A stretch of 64,000 bases of DNA from positions 5,696,001 through 5,760,000 of the forward strand of contig JBKAGP010000001.1 in assembly GCA_046290465.1 (NCBI GenBank). The letters run 5' to 3'. This DNA comes from Planctomycetota bacterium (GTDB lineage: Bacteria; Planctomycetota; UBA1135; UBA2386). A program made the translations under genes and the position numbers. Of the stretch, positions 61,323 through 64,000 are shown in pieces. How positions within the stretch are numbered: position 1 is the first letter of the stretch; each line of letters opens with the position of its first letter. The notes under the pieces were generated by a model that did not search any database, was not told where the DNA came from, and worked only from the letters and a program-made list of their open reading frames with translations.

Positions 61323-61750
61323 CTAATGCAGTGCTTCAGGCAGATGGAGAATTGTCCGAGAGCGCCGCTTCTACGCGCGAGGCCTTAGCCTGGATGTCCG
61401 ATGCCCTCGCGGTCCAGATGAGCGGTTTCGGCGCCAGAATATGCTCGTCGATGTAGTTCTTGATGGCTGCGACGAGCGCGCGAACGCGCGGAGACATACC
61501 TCAACGGATGCGCTTGGTCGTGATGTTGCGGAAGAAGCGCTCGACCACGTTGAACCATGATGCGCTCGTTGGCGTGAAGTGCATGTGGAATCGCGGGTTT
61601 CGCGCGAGCCACTCGTTCACATTCTCGCGCTTGTGCGTCGCGTAGTTGTCCGCGATCACGTGAACCGCCATGTGTTTCGGCGTCTCCCGATCGATGAGCC
61701 GCAGGAACTTCAGCCACTCCGAGTGTCGGTGCCGATTCGATGCACATGCT
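61323..61750 (-). mobile_element. IS630-family transposase remnant (3' half, in-frame stop) with probable right end
   Basis: RHRHSEWLKFL...HVIADNYATHK...HFTPTSASWFNVVERFF, TGA at 61501-61503, then ...PKPLIWTA...TGA 61336-61338 followed by AGCACTGCATTAG. Confidence 0.88.
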
Positions 61751-62003
61751 GATCGGCAGCCGACCCCGCAATCGGACGCGTGAAGTGGGGCCGTATGGTC
61801 GAACCGCGGTGGCTGACGGTCCTTGACAACGAGAGGATGCGAGGTAGATTCGCGCTCCTCCCGAGGAGTTAAACGGGCTTCCGCTTCGGGCCGCTCGCGT
61901 CGTCGTCCCTGGTTCCTAATCAGTATTATTGCCCGGTTGACGCATCCGTCCTTTGGCTGTCGGGGTGGGTTCGACGCTTGATCACTCAACGCAATCTGTG
62001 CGC

Positions 62004-62882
62004 ATGAAGAGGATCTTTCTGGGGTGCGCGATACTGATCGCCGCGGCCTTCTTTCTTGTGTCGCTACAGCAGGGGGCGGCATTACGCGGTAAGGCCAACC
62101 CCGAGCAAGCCAAGCCATCTTTTTCCACGGCTGGGGACGTTGTTGCCGACTCTGATTCCACCAATTATCCGGCTCGCTTGTCCAGCGCACGGGAATCGCA
62201 GCCCCCGACGCGCGGTGACCTGGCGTCCGAAGAGGGTTCGGATGGCGGGGGCGAAGGAGACGCAGAGTGGCGGCAATTTCAGTATAACCGACGTGCGTTA
62301 TTGCAGCTTCTTAATAGTGGCGGCTGGGAGGCTATTCGCGCCGGCGCGTGGAAAAACTGCCATCTCAATCCTCGCACTAGCTATGTCCCCCCTGCATACC
62401 GCGAAATGATCGACTTCGGGCGCTCGCTCTTTCAAGAGTATCGCGCGGCTGTCAGTGCAAGAAGGGCGCAGCAGTTCGCTGAGCTCGAAGCAATGGCGAT
62501 GGCTGGTCAGCTTATCCCTTTGGAGCAGCAGGTTGACCCTAAGAAGTTCAGGCGGCGCGAAGGGATGATCCGGTCTCTGTATTCGGGCTCACCTCCAACG
62601 GAAGTTGAGCGGCGAGTCGCGGACGCCGCCAAGTGGAGCCCGACGACTTGGAAGGGGGCTGCGGACAAGGACGTCGTGATGGCTGTCGATGGACGCTTCT
62701 ATGCAGTCAAGTTTGAGCAGCTTCCTAAGACAAGTATTTTGATTGAAGCTGAGCGCGAGGCTCGTCAGAAGATTGCAGAGTTTCTTGTTGCCACCTTCGC
62801 ATTCGCGAACGCCCTCACGAAAAAAGAGGGAGGCGCGCTGTCGGAAAAAATCCGAGTTGCCCCAGTTCTAACGCATCATTAG
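62004..62882 (+). CDS. Hypothetical exported/membrane-anchored protein, lower GC
   Basis: MKRIFLGCAILIAAAFFLVSL N-terminus; 292 aa open frame with atypical codon usage. Confidence 0.7.
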   Translation: MKRIFLGCAILIAAAFFLVSLQQGAALRGKANPEQAKPSFSTAGDVVADSDSTNYPARLSSARESQPPTRGDLASEEGSDGGGEGDAEWRQFQYNRRALLQLLNSGGWEAIRAGAWKNCHLNPRTSYVPPAYREMIDFGRSLFQEYRAAVSARRAQQFAELEAMAMAGQLIPLEQQVDPKKFRRREGMIRSLYSGSPPTEVERRVADAAKWSPTTWKGAADKDVVMAVDGRFYAVKFEQLPKTSILIEAEREARQKIAEFLVATFAFANALTKKEGGALSEKIRVAPVLTHH

Positions 62883-62889
62883 GAGGAAG

Positions 62890-63393
62890 ATGTTCGTAAA
62901 GTCTCTTTTTGTCACCGTGTTGGGTTCGATGTTTGCGTCGATTCCGTTTGGCTAGCCCTTCCACCGCACGCTGGATTGTGGTGACTGCACGGCTGAAGTT
63001 GTCGGGGCGCAGCCTGTTCAGGGGCAGTATGTTCTCGATGACGGGTCCGTCTTGAAAGTCGCCTGGAACCTTCCCGTTGAACATACAGATGGTTGTCTTC
63101 TCGTTCAGCCCGACTGCGTCCAGCTTGGTTGTGATGCTCGTCAGCAGGGGACTCTCAACCACCCATTCATTGACAAGCGGACACAGTCTGGCACGCTGAA
63201 TCCAGACGGAAGTATCAACTGGGGTGGTTGGACAGCGTGGGCCGGCGACGGTGGAGTAGTGGATGCCCGCGTGCAGATTTGCGGAGATGTTGAGGCCGTA
63301 GAGTATCGCTTCATGAGCGGCGGAGCTGGCGACGCGGTTGAGGTTGGACCTCGGGCGCTTGTCATCGTGCTTTGCGAGAGCTGCGACGAGTAG
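62890..63393 (+). pseudogene. Cys-rich secreted protein gene with in-frame TAG at codon 22
   Basis: AGGAGG RBS, ATG 62890, signal-like MFVKSLFVTVLGSMFASIPFG, TAG 62953-62955, frame continues to ...CESCDE TAG 63393. Confidence 0.65.
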
Positions 63394-64000
63394 GCACACG
63401 GAGACGATCCCCTTCGGATTCTGTCGCTGCCTCCGAAGCGCTGCAGGTGTCGATGGCGTTTGATCACCTTGGCGCTGTCATGTGGCGCACGGGTAACGTC
63501 ACGGTTCGCTGCAATTGGTGTCAGTCGCTACTCGGCTACTTGGAATCCCAGGCGACTTAGTTCTGCGAGTAGCGCATGGCCTACAGGATCCTGCACAGTG
63601 CGTGGTGCGACATTACTTATCCTGCACTCGAAGACCGCGCGTCGTGCACATTCGAAGATATCGGTGGGGCGCGTGTGTTGAGCTGCACGTCAGGCAGCTT
63701 GGGATGAAGCTTCGGCAAAACCTGTAGGTTCGTTGGGGGCTTTATGGCGTTCCGTGGCGGATGAGTCCGCCGACGTCCTGCTGTGTGGTGCGAGCTTGAT
63801 CACGTCCAGGTCGCGGACCGAATGCGAAAGCGCGTCGAAGCCTAGGGACCTTAGAGCCTCGCGAGCATCACGAGCGAGCGCCGCTCGGCGACGGACCTTG
63901 GTGAGAACCACGGAGGCAAGCGGGGGCGTCGCGGGTGGATGCTGGTGGCGTAATCGATGTACGACCGCGTTTCGCGAGGGACTCCGCATCGAGGAGCGAT

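Noticed and set aside
63400..64000. Short ORFs at the right end (e.g. 63690..63989 -)
   Set aside because: No recognisable motifs, RBS or codon bias; cannot be supported.

Overview
Very GC-rich (about 70%, by eye) bacterial chromosome segment, most likely from a Planctomycetota genome. That assignment is inferred from the ECF sigma/Ser-Thr kinase pair, PVC-style cytochrome c and propeller genes, a TIGR02996-type LRR protein and many secreted hypothetical proteins. About 50 CDS are supported. Housekeeping/metabolic genes include a class V aminotransferase, Leu/Val dehydrogenase, thioesterase, M17 and M1 aminopeptidases, YtxJ/BrxC, rpiA, a Ddl-like ATP-grasp, YgiQ radical SAM, MYG1, NDH-2, WaaG and a DAACS symporter. 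Signalling genes include two ECF loci, two hybrid kinases and a TetR with two operators. There are two lower-GC accessory patches. The first (about 6.2-9.2 kb) is a run of short co-oriented ORFs separated by degenerate attC-like sites with no integrase in the window, flanked by mirror-image G-rich and C-rich DNA. The second (about 61.3-64 kb) holds an IS630 remnant and a Cys-rich secreted gene interrupted by an in-frame TAG. The most notable observations are: a three-gene exosortase cassette (target with a VPASG-TM-RRR tail, a SEC-C-tailed partner and an XrtH-like sortase); Gln at the predicted mature N-terminus of all 12 non-lipoprotein signal-peptide proteins examined; a shared C-terminal domain in three secreted proteins; and pervasive leaderless-type TANNNT boxes. 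No rRNA, tRNA or CRISPR array was recognised. All family calls come from motif recognition by eye, not from database searches.
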